Positions 12,154-25,580 of a DNA stretch of 64,000 bases are shown here, piece by piece. The notes beneath the pieces were generated by a model. The model ran no database searches and was not told the DNA's origin. It worked only from the letters and a program-made list of their open reading frames with translations. This stretch comes from Eledone cirrhosa (taxonomy: Eukaryota). Location: positions 77,500,001-77,564,000 of the forward strand of contig OZ024747.1 of assembly GCA_964016885.1 (NCBI GenBank). The letters run 5' to 3'. The translations under genes and the position numbers were made by a program. The stretch's first letter is position 1. The number at the start of each line of letters is the position of its first letter.

Positions 12154-12350
12154 GAATGGAATTTATTGGACATATTACAATCGTTTCTCTGGCGACCAGC
12201 TCGAGGCACGATCGATGTGATGATCGAACCTGACTCTGAAAATCGCAAGGTCCTCAGATACGTCTTGATTCTACGAGGCAGGTTCTCCTGGCTCGTGCCT
12301 CAAGCTGGTCGCCAGAGAAACGATTGTAATATGTTCAATAAATTCCATTC
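12154..12350. repeat. Inverted repeat, ~57-bp arms (MITE-like or pLTR inversion)
   Basis: GAATGGAATTTATTGGACATATTACAATCGTTTCTCTGGCGACCAGCT..GAGGCACG and its reverse complement at ~12294-12350. Confidence 0.85.
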
Positions 12351-12377
12351 GTCGCAACACTGATTCTCTTTTTTTCT

Positions 12378-12419
<42 letters not shown>

Positions 12420-12423
<4 letters not shown>

Positions 12424-12774
12424 CATGATCACCTTGACCGACCAGTCTGTCGGGCGCCATTCGGCGCCGCTGGTCACAGCACGTGCTGTTTTAGCCATAC
12501 GATGACGCCATCCCACTGGGCGGGCAGGCCGTAAGTCTAAAGTCTGTCTTAAGCCAGAAGGTGCTTATCCCGGTCTCATAGCGTGAAGCGCCTGAGAGTA
12601 CAAGACTCCCCCCTGGATAGGACGCCAGTTCATCGCAGGGTTAAACCTCCAGCTATTGCTGGTACTCATTTTCAGCTGAGCAAACTGGAGCAACGTGAAA
12701 TAAAGTGTCTTGCTCGAGGAAACAACACATCACCCGGTCCGAGAATTGAACTCACAACCTTTTGATTGCGCCTT

Positions 12775-12776
<2 letters not shown>
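12420..12776 (-). mobile_element. SINE family 2 with long 3' body, internally deleted head
   Basis: Head and core shared with 295-422; flanked by (AT)n on both sides. Confidence 0.7.
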
Positions 12777-12819
<43 letters not shown>

Positions 12820-12874
12820 TGTGTGTGTGTGTATATATACATACACACTACTTTAGTGGAGAGTGACACACACA

Positions 12875-13042
<168 letters not shown>

Positions 13043-14009
13043 GCACGCACGCACGCACCAAACATATTTGAAACTGAAATGGCCGCAATAGCTACCGAAA
13101 AAGCGGTTAAGTTTGTTATCAGCTTGCCACAGCAACCAGTACATCTGTTACAGAGTAGTTTTAAAATAAAATTTAGGACAATCCACTTCTGTGGCAATTA
13201 TGTAGGAAGGTTAAGGATTAAGGTGTAGCTATTTAGACATTTGAAACACTTAGGTCAAAGACGAATCAACAAGAGTGACTCCAGGTGGATAAACATAACA
13301 TATACATAAATTGTAGCACATATACAAATAGATGTGTGTTTTGGTAGTTTGGGGAGAAAAATATGATTATTGGGGAAGGGGGCGGTGTCATGGCTCCCTG
13401 CCTCCTCAGCTCCACCGTACTGATTACACATACACACACACACTCACACACACACACACACACTCTTTCTCCACACACAAATATTTAAGGATTAAATTAG
13501 TGGCTTTCACCGTATTTGACTAGAAAAAATATTCTAATAACAGGACATATAAGTCCCCAATGGAGAAGTAAACGGGCCTCAGCACTCGTCGGTTACCCCT
13601 TTTGTCTGTTATGGGGTCTTATATGTCCCATCATTAGACTATTTTTTGTCATCAAAATACGGCGAAAGCTCTAATTTTATTCTCAAATTTTCGATTTGTG
13701 CCATATTCTAAACAAACGTACTCATTGACATATATATTTATATATATGCATATATGTGTGTGGAGGGTGTGAGAATGTATAATGTATAACACCATAGTAA
13801 CAACAACAACAACAAATAGAATAATGGCAGAAGCAATGTTGACGAAATGTAAATATATTTTATAGATATAATCATAATTGTTTAAACATAATTAAAACTA
13901 AACTGGAGATAATAACTTGTCAGATGGAGAACAAGTACAACGTAGAAAACCAGATGACGTCCAGATGAAATGTATACACATACACACATACACACATACA
14001 TATATATAC

Positions 14010-14051
<42 letters not shown>

Positions 14052-14052
14052 A

Positions 14053-14083
<31 letters not shown>

Positions 14084-14195
14084 ATATATATATATATAGG
14101 TAGATAGATATATATAGATATGTAAAACGTAAACAGAAACAACAGTATATGGAAACAATATATTAATATATATATAAGCATTAACCTAATATATC

Positions 14196-14360
14196 CCTAT
14201 TTTAGGTCGTTTCAACGTCTATAATAAGGACCCTCCTATTTTAGGTCGTTTCAACGTCTATAATAAGGACACTCCTATTTTAGGTCATTTTCAAGGTCTA
14301 TAATAAGGACCCTTCTATTTTAGGTCGTTTCAACGTCTATAATAAGACCCTCCTATTTTA
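14196..14360. repeat. 39-bp minisatellite, ~4 copies
   Basis: Unit CCTATTTTAGGTCGTTTCAACGTCTATAATAAGGACCCT. Confidence 0.9.
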
Positions 14361-14667
14361 TAAGTGTGACATAAGTGCATTTAACTTTCTCCTTTCCCGC
14401 TTTTGAAGAAAAAACTTCCTGTTAGAAGAAAGAGTTTATCGTGACACAGCCCTTGCAAACTGATATCTTTAACATCTCTTAACTATATCTCACTGTAGCA
14501 CGCAATAGTTTTCGAAAGTGTGTCGTTATTGTTGCTGTTGTGATTGTTCGTGTTCAACAAGTCGTCAAATGAATTTTTGTTTTTGTTAAAATCAATTAAT
14601 ATATCATTATATATATATAAATTAATATATCATTATATATATCAATTAATATATAATTATATATATA

Positions 14668-14968
14668 TCTGAGTTCAAATCCCGCCGAGGTTGACTTTGC
14701 CTTTCATACGGGGTCGATAAAATAAAGTACCAGTAATACACTGAGTAATTGCTGGCCTTGTGCCTAAAGTAGAAACAATTATATATATATATCAATTAAT
14801 ATATCATTATATATATATATCAATTAATATATCATTATATATATATATCAATTAATATATCATTATTAACTTTGCCTTTCATTCTTACGGGGTCGATAAA
14901 ATAAAGTACCAGTAATACACTGGAATAATTGCTGGCCTTGTGCCAAAAAGTAGAAACAATTATTATTA
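14668..14968 (+). mobile_element. Two 5'-truncated SINE family 1 copies (14668-14781, 14866-14968)
   Basis: Match the SINE 3' half and are interleaved with CAATTAATATATCATTATAT units. Confidence 0.85.
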
Positions 14969-16066
14969 ATTAAAATATCATTATTACCAATTAATATATC
15001 ATTGTTATCAATTAATATATCGTTATTATCAATTAATATATCGTTATTATCAATTAATATATCGTTATTACTAATTAATATATCATTATTACCAATTAAT
15101 ATATCGTTATTATCAATTAATATATCGTTATTATCAATTAATATATCATTATTACCAATTAATATATCATTATTACCAATTAATATATCATTATTACCAA
15201 TTAAAATATCATTATTATCAATTAATCTATCATTATTACCAATTAATATATCGTTATTATCAATTAATATATCGTTATTATCAATTAATATATCGTTATT
15301 ATCAATTAATATATCGTTATTACCAATTAATATATCATTATTACCAATTAATATATCATTATTACCAATTAATATATCATTATTACCAATTAATATATCA
15401 TTATTATCAATTAATATATCATTATTACCAATTAATATATCATTATTACCAATTAATATATCATTATTATCAATTAATATATCATTATTACCAATTAATA
15501 TATCATTATTTCCAATTAATATATCATTATTACCAATTAATATATCATTATTACCAATTAATATATCATTATTACCAATTAATATATCATTATTACCAAT
15601 TAATATATCATTATTATCAATTAATATATCATTATTACCAATTAATATATCATTATTACCAATTAATATATCATTATTACCAATTAATATATCATTATTA
15701 CCAATTAATATATCATTATTATCAATTAATATATCATTATTATCAATTAATATATCATTATTATCAATTAATATATCCTTATTATCAATTAAAATATCAT
15801 TATTACCAATTAATATATCATTGTTATCAATTAATATATCGTTATTATCAATTAATATATCGTTATTATCAATTAATATATCATTATTATCAATTAATAT
15901 ATCGTTATTATCAATTAATATATCATTATTACCAATTAATATATCATTATTACCAATTAATATATCGTTATTATCAATTAATATATCATTATTACCAATT
16001 AATATATCATTATTACCAATTAATATATCATTATTACCAATTAATATATCATTATTATCAATTAAA
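14968..16066. repeat. 21-bp AT-rich minisatellite, ~52 copies
   Basis: Unit CAATTAATATATC(A/G)TTATTA(C/T). Confidence 0.95.
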
Positions 16067-16068
16067 AT

Positions 16069-16258
16069 GGCGGTGAATTGGCAGTATCGATAGAGGGTCG
16101 GACGCCATGCTTTGACGCAAAGAGTTGCGTCCCTTTCCATTCTGAGTTCAAATCCCGCTGAGGTTAACTTTGCCTTTCATCCTTATGGGGTTGGTTAAAT
16201 AAAGTACCAGTAATACACTCGGATAATTGCTGGCCTTTTGCCAAAAGTAGAAACAATT
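16069..16258 (+). mobile_element. SINE family 1, full length
   Basis: A and B boxes, Nin-like domain; CAATTAAAAT occurs on both sides. Confidence 0.9.
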
Positions 16259-16323
16259 AAAATTGTTAATGCAGTCCCAAATATTGTGTGTGTGAGTGAG
16301 TTTATGTATGTATGTGTGTCCTT

Positions 16324-16624
16324 CACTCCCAGAATGTCCTGACCCCTAGCTTTTGTCAGGGCATTCTTCTAGGAGAAGGCAACTCAGAAAACTGGGATAA
16401 CTCCCATATAAAACCTGCGGCTCAGTAGTTACCGATGATGTTGATATTTTCTTCTTTTCGGGTTATAGCTACTGTCAGAGAGTGGGATTGGCTCAGTGCA
16501 CAGTCTTTCCTCACTTTAATAAATATCTTCATGCACAGGAATTGCACGATAGAATTAATTAATAATTATTAATAATGGTATATCGTGCAATGGCCATACT
16601 CGATAACGAGGGGGCAGCCATCAT
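16324..16624 (+). mobile_element. Diverged partial copy of the non-autonomous RTE-like element
   Basis: GACCCCTAGCTTTTGTCAGG..GAGAGTGGGATTGGCT..GGCCATACTCG..GGCAGCCATCATGTATG parallels the reverse complement of 2067-2460. Confidence 0.55.
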
Positions 16625-17156
16625 GTATGTGTTTATATGTGTGTATGTGTATGTGTGTGTGTATGTATGTGTGCGTATGTATGTGTGTGTATGTGTGAGT
16701 GTCTATGTGTCTGTGTGTATGTGTGTGTAATAGTAGAATCAAGGGCAGTTTCGAGCGGCCTGGGGTCATATTTGCTAACCTATTCACAATATATATACGT
16801 AGTACTTATATTTGGGAAATGCGGATGTTTTAGTATATTTCTATATTTACTGTTACAAATATTTTTTCTGTAGCTGTTATCAAATCCAAGCTCGAATTGG
16901 GGAAAATGTGTAGCAGCATTGGGGAAAGAAAACGTTTGACTCATGAACCAGCATATTAGCATTACCGTTATCTGGATATATAGGCTTAATGGTTCGGCTT
17001 AAATGTCAGGAGGTCTGGGATTTCTCTTAAATGCCAGGAGGTCTGGAATAAAAAATTGAATAACTAGATAGCAACCCTGGCATGTGTTTGCTATAGTATG
17101 AGATATAGTGCAGTAGTCTTGGACAAGTTAAAATCACACCCTGCTGTTTAACAGAA

Positions 17157-17315
17157 GGTGTCGAATTGGCAGAGTCGTTAGAGCGTCGGAGAGAATGCTT
17201 TACGGTATTCGTTCCAGCTCTCTACTCTCTGAGCTCAAATCCCGCTGAGGTCAACTTTGCCTTTCATCCATTCGAGGTCAATAAAAAAAGGTACTAGTCC
17301 AGTACTGGGGTCGAT
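17157..17315 (+). mobile_element. SINE family 1, older copy
   Basis: TGGCAGAGTCGTTAGAGCGTCGG..AAATCCCGCTGAGGTCAACTTTGCCTTTCATCC. Confidence 0.8.
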
Positions 17316-17494
17316 TCTTCCTCTATATCTCTTTCTCACTTCCTCTCTATCACCACCCACCCCTCTTCTTCTCTAGAAGAAATCAGCTGTGTTCTGACTT
17401 GATGAGGATTTAAAATTTAAAATGCCCAACAAACAGTATGCCAATACAAGACCTTTAAATCCCCACCAGGAGTTACGGGTTCATATCAAACCTT

Positions 17495-17822
17495 TTCGTA
17501 GGCGCCCTTCGGTCACGTATGACCATGGTTTTGCACCTAGAATGTTCCCCTCTTAGGCACATGCTGGGGCATGGTGTGATTGTGGAAGACCAGCAGTCGC
17601 CCGTGTATACCAGCCTCCCCTCTCCAGGCCACCGATGTTGTCCAAGAGAAAGACAATGGCCGACACAGTTTGGTACCAGTGACGTCGCAAATCATTTCCA
17701 CAGCTGAGTGAACTGGAGCAACATGAAATAAGAAAACAATGCACCGCCTGGTCTGGGATTCGAACTCACAATCTTACGATTGTGAGCTCAACATCCTAAC
17801 TGCTAAGCCACCCGCCTTCACA
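17495..17822 (-). mobile_element. SINE family 2 with a different 3' body
   Basis: tRNA head with GTTCGAATCC B box and GTTGCTCCAGTTCACTCAGCTG core. Confidence 0.7.
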
Positions 17823-18634
17823 CTATACCATATAAGAACAATATAATTACAGTATTAATACTGATTACATTTGTCTGTTGTACCTGTCACGTGGTATTAG
17901 GCGGCGAATACTCAAAGTTGCTGTAGCGTCGGACAAAATATCTTGCAATATTTATCCCGGCTCCCTGTGCTCTGAATTTAGATTCTGTCCAGGTAAACTT
18001 CATCGTTCAAACACTCGAGGGCGATAAAATTAATCTGTCTGTCGCCCGGTTTAATACAACCAGTTGGTGTTGGGATAATTTTAATGGAGCCCATTATGTT
18101 GTAAGCATTTGCATAAGATATATGTTTATGAATAACTTACCTCCTTCCCAATGTTTGTCTCAGAGGCCTTCCTCTTTCTCTGACAGAACGCCCCTCTTTC
18201 TCTCTCTGACTAAACTGAAAAGGTAAAAAGCAACCTGTTTGCAGTTACAGGGACAAAGCTAGCGTAAGTTAATTTATCACAGTACCAGTAATAAGACTGA
18301 TTATAATCTTTTACTTTTAAACCCGGGAGTCAGACACCATATCCAATGTGAGCAGCGAATTACAACAAAAATTGAATTTTACAAAACTACAACTGAAGTA
18401 TGGTGCAGAGAAAATACAGTAAAAGGAGAACTTTCTGCTGCAAACAGCAGACGGTGGCCTGGTTTCGAACACATTGTTATTTTATAGACATTTCTAATAT
18501 TCTGTTAACTTGCATCGGACAGGATGCCGGTCGTATATCCTACATATTCTGTTAATTATAGGCTTGGTTTCTCTGACAGTGTTATGACATGATGTCCTTC
18601 AACGCTAATAATTGTTTCTACATTTGGCACTAAG

Positions 18635-18970
18635 CCGGCATTTTTCCAATTTCTATCTCCAGTTCCTTATACTTGCTCAATTTTTCAAATGTTTTTATAG
18701 ATACATTCTTGTCTATTGGAACAGACATATCAATTAGCAGGCATACCCTCTTTTTAAAGTCCTTCAGTATTATATTAGGTATATTTGCATCTATTTTCCG
18801 GTCTGTTTGAATGCTAAAGTTCCACAAGATTGAGATGTGATCTTTTTCAAGTACGGGAGGTGGTTGATGCTCCCACCAATTCTTTTGATGGGGCAGGTCA
18901 AAATGCTTACACATTATCCAATATATGTATTGTGCAGTTCTGTCGTGCCTGTTTAGGTATTCGGTTGGAG
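18635..18970 (-). pseudogene. R4/Dong-type non-LTR fragment (RLE domain), second family
   Basis: YLNRHD..YW..C..W.EHQP..ILWNF.IQTD..IPNIIL.D..CLLIDMSVP.D..EKLSKYKEL. Confidence 0.85.
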
Positions 18971-19104
18971 CAATATTATTATTATTGTTTTTATTTTCTT
19001 TCATTATTGTTTCTGAGATATATGCCGAGTGTCTTCCTAACACCTAGGACAAATAAATTCAGTGTGCATTGGTAAGCCAGTTAATACAGCACATTGATTA
19101 TAAC

Positions 19105-19140
<36 letters not shown>

Positions 19141-19143
<3 letters not shown>

Positions 19144-19197
19144 AAAGTACCAGTAATATACTGGGTAATTGCTGGCCTTGTGCCAAAAGTAGAAACA

Positions 19198-19245
<48 letters not shown>

Positions 19246-19452
19246 GAATGCCAAAGGGCGGTGGATTGGCAGTATCGGTAGAGAGTCGGACACCATGCTT
19301 TGAAGCATAGAGTTACGTCCCTTTATGATCTGAGTTCAAATCCCGCCGAGGTTGACTTTGCCTTTCATCCTTACGGGGTCGATAAAATAAAGTACCAGAA
19401 ATGTACTGGGTAATTGCTGGCCTTGTGCCTAAAATAGAAACAATTATTATTA
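19141..19452 (+). mobile_element. SINE family 1: 3' fragment (19141-19245) and full copy (19256-19452)
   Basis: Full copy flanked by TSD TTATTGAATGCCA (19241-19253 / 19450-19462). Confidence 0.9.
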
Positions 19453-19673
19453 TTGAATGCCATGGTTGACGGAGGCTCGGCTCTGTAAGGTATAGTAATT
19501 TTTAACCGTTATAACAATTGTAAATTGTTTAAAACTTGAACCAAATGGTACATAAAGACACCCTCCTCCTCATGAGAGGGGTCTTTCTGCCCGTTATTTG
19601 GCCCTTTGGGGTTGTGAAATAACCAGTTATTGGGGTTTTGTGCCCAATATTCATTTTAAACCGTAGAAAAAAC

Positions 19674-21782
19674 ATGGCTACAAAAAAAAAATTTCACAAG
19701 TCACTCCCACTCCTTCCGTCTTCTTCTTCTTCTTCAATCGTCATTACGTCAGACAAAAGATTGTCTCCCTCCCTTCTCTAAATGTGGTGTCGCCTCTGTC
19801 GCCTCTTTCACAAGCGACGCCATTAAAGAAAAAGAAAAATGTAGTTTCTCGTAGCGTTCTTCATCAAGAGAACGCGCGTACCGTGGAACATTTCTCCACG
19901 ACGACGACAACAACGAAAGATGTGTGCGGTAAATACGGAAAGCCATTTCATTCGTCTGACCTCATGAAGAATAGCAGCAGCAGCCGTAATAACAGCAGCA
20001 GCAGCAACAGTGGCGAGGAAAATACTAGTAGCAGCCGCAACAACATCAGCAGCAGCATAAACAACAACAGCAGCAGCAGCAACAACAACAGCAGCAGCAG
20101 CAACAACAACAACAACAACAACAACAGCACCAGCAACAGCAACAACAACAACAACAACAACAGCAACAGCAGCGGCGGCGGTCGTAGTACCAGCAGCACA
20201 GCAGCAACAACAAAAGTAACAGCAGCTCTGACGACAACAACAACAACAAAGAAAAACCAATCTCGTTTGCAGGTATCACAAAGAACCTGGAAACCATCCT
20301 TATAACAAATGAGGAATTACAGGAAGCAAAGAAGATGGTGACGAAAACCGGACACCGAGCAATCTGCAAGGGAGCCAAAGAATTTTTCGAAACCCAACAG
20401 CACTGTACGGTCACGTACCGTACAGTAAGCACAAAATCACGTAGGGTTGAAAGAGCCACAGAGGCTCAAATACAAAAAGCCTTAGGGTCTGTGTGGCAGC
20501 GGAAAACGCATATCACCCGAGGCAAGAAATATGCCACCGTGGACGTGCTTTTTGCCACATCCCAGGAGGCAAAGGGTCAATCCTTAGTGACCCTAAGGAG
20601 CGAGGAAATGGTGTTGGTGCCCTCCTACTGCGGGCAAAAAATTGTGAGGGTCAAACTGACCCAAGTCTCCCCCGGGATGGCCGCGTCTGTCCTCGTTGGC
20701 ATCGAGGACAAAACAACCGTACTGTAAGTACAGAAAAAAGTACGAGAAGATTGGGTCGGCGCCTCCATTGAGATGTTAATTCAAACCAACCAGGAGTGCA
20801 TCGAAGCTATCCCGGATGTGATAGACTTCGATAACGGCACTCAACTTCCCATAAGTGTTGAGGGCAAACGTCCGAAATGCTTTCGCTGTGGGTCGAAGAC
20901 TTGCCTCAGGGCCTTCTGCAATGAGAAGACCCTGAGAAAGGAGAAAACCTCCCTCCTTCCGAAACCGGCTCCACTGCTACCAGCAACAGGACAGGCGGCA
21001 AGCAGGAAGGATAGGTCCGTGGCACCCATACCCACGCCACGGAAATCAAGAACAGCAGCAGCAGTGGAAGTATTAACAATAACAACAGTAATACCAACTG
21101 CAGCTGCAACAGAGACTCCACTGCAACCATCACCAACAAGAACAAGTGAAAGAGTGGAGCTGGTACCCCTCCCCGACCTCACAGAATCGGACATGGAGTG
21201 TGAGGTGGGAGAGGGATGGCAGAAGGTCGCAAGAAGGCACAAACGCAGAAGCAGCGCATCGTCGCCTTTGAAAAGGGGTGGTTGGGTGGGGTAAAGGCTA
21301 CTGCAAAGAGACTTACAGCACCAACACCGCCAACACAATCACCACCCACACTAGCACTACCATCACCACCGACGGCAACCCCACCGCTAACAACAACAAC
21401 ACCTTCAACAACACCACCACAAGCACCAACATCACAAACACAACAACAAAATACACACACCCAGCAACAACGACAAGAAAATAGCAGAACCACACGCCAC
21501 ACCCAGAAAAAGAAATGCACAGCAATAAATACACACAAGAAATTAATGACTTACATAATTGAACACACAGACATTTCACGGCACGACTACATAATACCAG
21601 CACCAATCAAAACACCAACGAACATAAGACTGGTAAGAATATCACAGAAACAATACACAAACATTAAAATGAAATTCCCCAACGCAGTTGGTGATTTCAG
21701 AGACCTAGGAGGGACAGAAGAGCCGACGACCAGCCGAAAGGACGATCCAACGGTCCCTTCACCAGACGATCAAGGTAAGTGA
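19674..21782 (+). pseudogene. Tx1 B ORF1, frameshifted, with (CAG/CAA)n tract at ~19972-20250
   Basis: PSYCGQKIVRV and ISVEGKRPKCFRCGSKTCLRAFC are homologous to element A PSYMGKRTQRI and ISVEGRRPSC. Confidence 0.8.
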
Positions 21783-21813
21783 TCTTTTCTCACTTGCCTC
21801 GTTCCTCATCCAA

Positions 21814-24800
21814 CATGGCCGTATTCAGGATCGGAAGTGTAAATGTGCGTGGTTTGAGCTCGGTTTGGAAGAAGGGTCACTTGCTTAACGACCTCAGGTC
21901 ACTAAACATAGATGTGGTGGCCTCCAACCGAATACCTAAACAGGCACGACAGAACTACACAATACATACATTGGATAATGTGTAAATATTTTGACCTGCC
22001 CCATCAAAAGAATTGGTTGGAGGAGCATCTCCGAAACGCAAGCTTTCGCACCGATCTTCGACGGTTACGAGGTGTACGTATCTCCGAGCTGTCCGGGAGC
22101 GGGGGCGGAGTGGCTGTGTTGTTTCGGAAAGGCTTAGGTCTCGCCTTACGGACCATCTTCCTGGACCCAAGTGGCACCGAAGGCAACGCTTTCAGGCTAG
22201 TAGCCGTCTATGCCCCGACAGGGACAGGACGGCCAGATTTCTTTAGACGTCTAGAGACCTTTCTTGGAACGTTCCGCTCTTTAGTGTTAGTGGGCAACTG
22301 GAACGGTATCTTGGATGCATGCTGGGATTGTGTGGGGCTAGTGGATAGGGGAGGAGGGTGCAACTTGCTCAGACGTTTTGAACTGTTGACAGGTATCGAC
22401 TGGATCACCCGAATGTGCCAATGTGGACATGGACAAACTGCATCGGGTCATCCAGATCGTATCTCGATAGGGTATTCTGCAGAGAACTAGATAAGGCTAG
22501 TGTAAGTTGTCCACAATTTAAAATAGTCGACTACACAGACCACAAATTTGTGATCTGTGAGATCGACATAGACAGACTTCATATACCCGGTTACTGGAAG
22601 CTGAACGCGTCTTTCCCAGCGCGCAAAGCCTACAGAGACCGGATTAGCGTATTAGTTAAGCGGGCGTTGACGGGAGCGGTCGTCAACAACAGGTGGTGGT
22701 TCGCCCTGAAAAGGGCAATTAAAGTAGAGTCGATTAGGTTTAGCAAAGAAGTAGTGATAGAGGAAAATAGAGTAGAGGGAGAGCTAGTCAAAAAGCTAGA
22801 AGAAGCGTTTAGGACAGGCATCGCAACCGACGTGCTTGTGGAGAGATTGGCACTCGACCAATTCTTCAACGCAAAACACGAAGGCTGCGTTGTCAGAACT
22901 AGAGCGCGTCGTCTGAAACACGAGGGGACCAAAGCCGTCCAATGGTCCCGGGTGGCAGAGGTGCGACGTGGCAACAAAGCCACAATTCGGTCTTTATCTG
23001 ACCAAAATGGGCGCGTGTTGCTCGAACCGGAGCAGATGTGTGAAGATTTTCAGCAGCACTTTGCTGAACTGTTCGGGAGCAGCGGCGGGCCAGATCGGGG
23101 TATGGACTTCAGTGCATACCTCGACGGACTGCCTCGGCTCTCGACGACCGCAGCACAGTGTTGCGAAAAGCCAATAACAGCCGGTGAAATACGGGAAGCG
23201 ATGGCTAACTGCACGAGGGGTAAATCGCCAGGTTTGGATGGTCTGCCCTACGAGCTTTATGCATTTATGCCAGACTTGTTCGGTGACCTCTTGGCAGACG
23301 ACTACTGCAACTGGCAGCAGAACGGGAGCATTCCCAGTTTTGTGAGCCGGGGAGCGGTGGCGCTGCTGAGAACATACCCAAACAAGGGGGATGTTATCGA
23401 TAACTTCAGGCCCATAACCCTGCTAAACGCAGAGTTTAAGATTTTGGCCAAGGTGTTAGCAATGAGGTTGGCGCTTGTCGTCAAGGGTCTGGTGGGAGAT
23501 GCGCAGACATGCGCCATTCCGGACAGATCCATACACGACAATCTCCACCTCATGCGATACATCATAGAGAGGGTGGTTAAGGATCCTGGCACGGGTGGGG
23601 CCCTGATCAAATTGGATCAATACAAAGCATTCGATAGGGTCGACCATCGGTACCTGGAGGCGGTCCTCGAGGCAGCTGGTTTCGGGCCCGTTTTCAGGGT
23701 TTGGATCGCTGCGATGTACAGCGACATCTGCTCAGTTGTGAGGCTGAACGGTCACCTGTCGCAGCCGTTCAGCATCATGCGCTCGGTCCGCCAGGGTTGT
23801 CCCCTCTCGTCCCTCTTGTACGTATTAGCTCTCGAGCCGTTACTGCACAAACTGGGGGCGATGAGGGGCGTCCCACGCGAACTAGGATGCGGGAAATCCG
23901 AGTCGGCTTACGCCGACGACATCACCGTGCTGGTGTCGAGCACCAGACACGTCCAGATGCTCGGCACCGCTCTCAAAGAATACGAAGCGGTGACAGGAGC
24001 AAAGATAAACCAGGAAAAGTCGGTGGGCTTGCAGCTCGGCACCTGGAGAGGCAAGTCCATGCCGTCCGACAGCGTGGACGGACGGACCGGTTAAATTGCT
24101 CGGGGTCTATTTCGGACCGGACCTCCAGATGGAGAAAAACTGGAGCGAGGTGACGAGCAAGGTAGCCTCCCTCACCCAGAAATGGGCCGAGAGGAAGCTG
24201 TCCCTGAAAGGCCGGGTGGAGGTGGTGAATGCGTACATCGCATCCGTCATCTGCTACCGCCTCACCGTCGTCCCTTGCCCCGGCCCAACTCTCACCAAAA
24301 TGGAGCGCCTCCTCTTCCGCTTTTTGTGGAAGGGACGCGCTCCCATGGTCAGACGATCCATCTGCTGTCAACACCCGTTGCGTGGAGGACTGGGCATGCC
24401 ATGGCTGATGATGCGCAAACATGCGCTGAGGCTGCGACATCTCTGGTGCTTCCTTGACGGTGAACAGGTGTGGTCGCCGTTCGCCAGGCACGTTTTCCCA
24501 CAGCTCGGCTCCTTGACGGAGCTGCAGTCCTGGGTCAGGAAAAGACCGAGGGATAGCGCTTGGAAACTGGAATGTCTCTAGGCGCTCACTGCCCTCTGCC
24601 AGCTGGGCACCAGTATCGGTGGAACATCCACCTCGGCGTTCTATAGAGGACTAGTGGGGGGGAAGAGCGACGACGTTCTCGGAGAGATCCTGGGCGCTGA
24701 GGAAGATCAGCTGTTTGCTCTCTTCCGGAGAACTTTCAGCCCAGGGCCTATGGATAACTTCCAAAAATCCCTGGCTTGGCAGTGCTACCGGGGAGCGCTG

Positions 24801-25250
24801 CCGGTTCGAGATAAGCTCTACAGGCATGGAAGTGCTGTCAGCCGAGCCTGTCCGAGATGCGCGCAGAGCGACGAAACCGTCGTGCACGCATTCGTTCAGT
24901 GCCCGAGCATTGCTGACTTGTGGAGCTATGTCGAACAGTTGCTGTCGCGTGTAGGACTGATCCGGTTGTCGACTGAGTCCATTGTGCAGATGGTCTCGCC
25001 GTCTTCCTTCGAGGAGGAAAGGCAGGCGGTTTTCATCTGCCTGGTGGCCATGGCGAAAGAGATTGTGTAGTGGACAAGGTTAAAAGGGTTAAAGACAGAC
25101 ACTTTCCTCTTCGGCGAATCCCTAATTAACTTTTTCAAGTTTCACTTGAAGAGGAAGATCAGGGTGGAGAGGCAAGTGCTGCTTTCTAGCAAGTTTGTTG
25201 AAAGGTGGGTGAATGTAGCGAGAATGGTCCGAATATACGTCTGTAGTTTG
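21814..25250 (+). pseudogene. Tx1 B ORF2 (APE-RT-CCHC), disrupted
   Basis: VNVRGL, GNWN, SYLDRV, TDHK, KSPGLDG, RQGCPLS, YADD, CPRC..HAFVQC; stops, frameshifts and a foreign insert at 21922-22029. Confidence 0.92.
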
Positions 25251-25580
25251 AGAGATGGAAACATTGAGAGAGGGCGCTTGCCCTGGTGGTCAGGGTGGCC
25301 GTGGTCTTTTGTGTGGTTTTCGCCACGAGTAACCCTCGGAGGTTTCCCCCCTATTGGGGAATTTTTCATTGTTTCAATTTTCATTTTTATTGTTCATATA
25401 TATATATGTTTCTATGTCCTTTTTTTTTTCTTATATAAATAATAAAAATATTTACACGTACAAAACCCACATCGTACCGTCCTGTACCGTCCTGTGCCGT
25501 CTGTAATGTTTTTCTTGATGTCAGCCCTTGTGGCCAATAAAGAAATAATTATCATTATTATTATTATTATTATTGTTATT

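Larger units (their letters stand above)
19455..25548 (+). mobile_element. L1/Tx1-clade non-LTR retrotransposon B, near full length, degraded
   Basis: ORF1 from ATG ~19674, ORF2 from ATG ~21814, 3' end GCCCTTGTGGCCAATAAAGAAA; (ATT)n on both sides. The 5' boundary is approximate. Confidence 0.9.

Noticed and set aside
14866-16140. NNDILIG / INISLLP repeat ORFs
   Set aside because: 21-bp minisatellite bounded by SINEs.
18180-18270. Possible micro-exon (TTTGCAG..GTAAGT)
   Set aside because: Splice-like motifs alone are common; no transcript or homology evidence.
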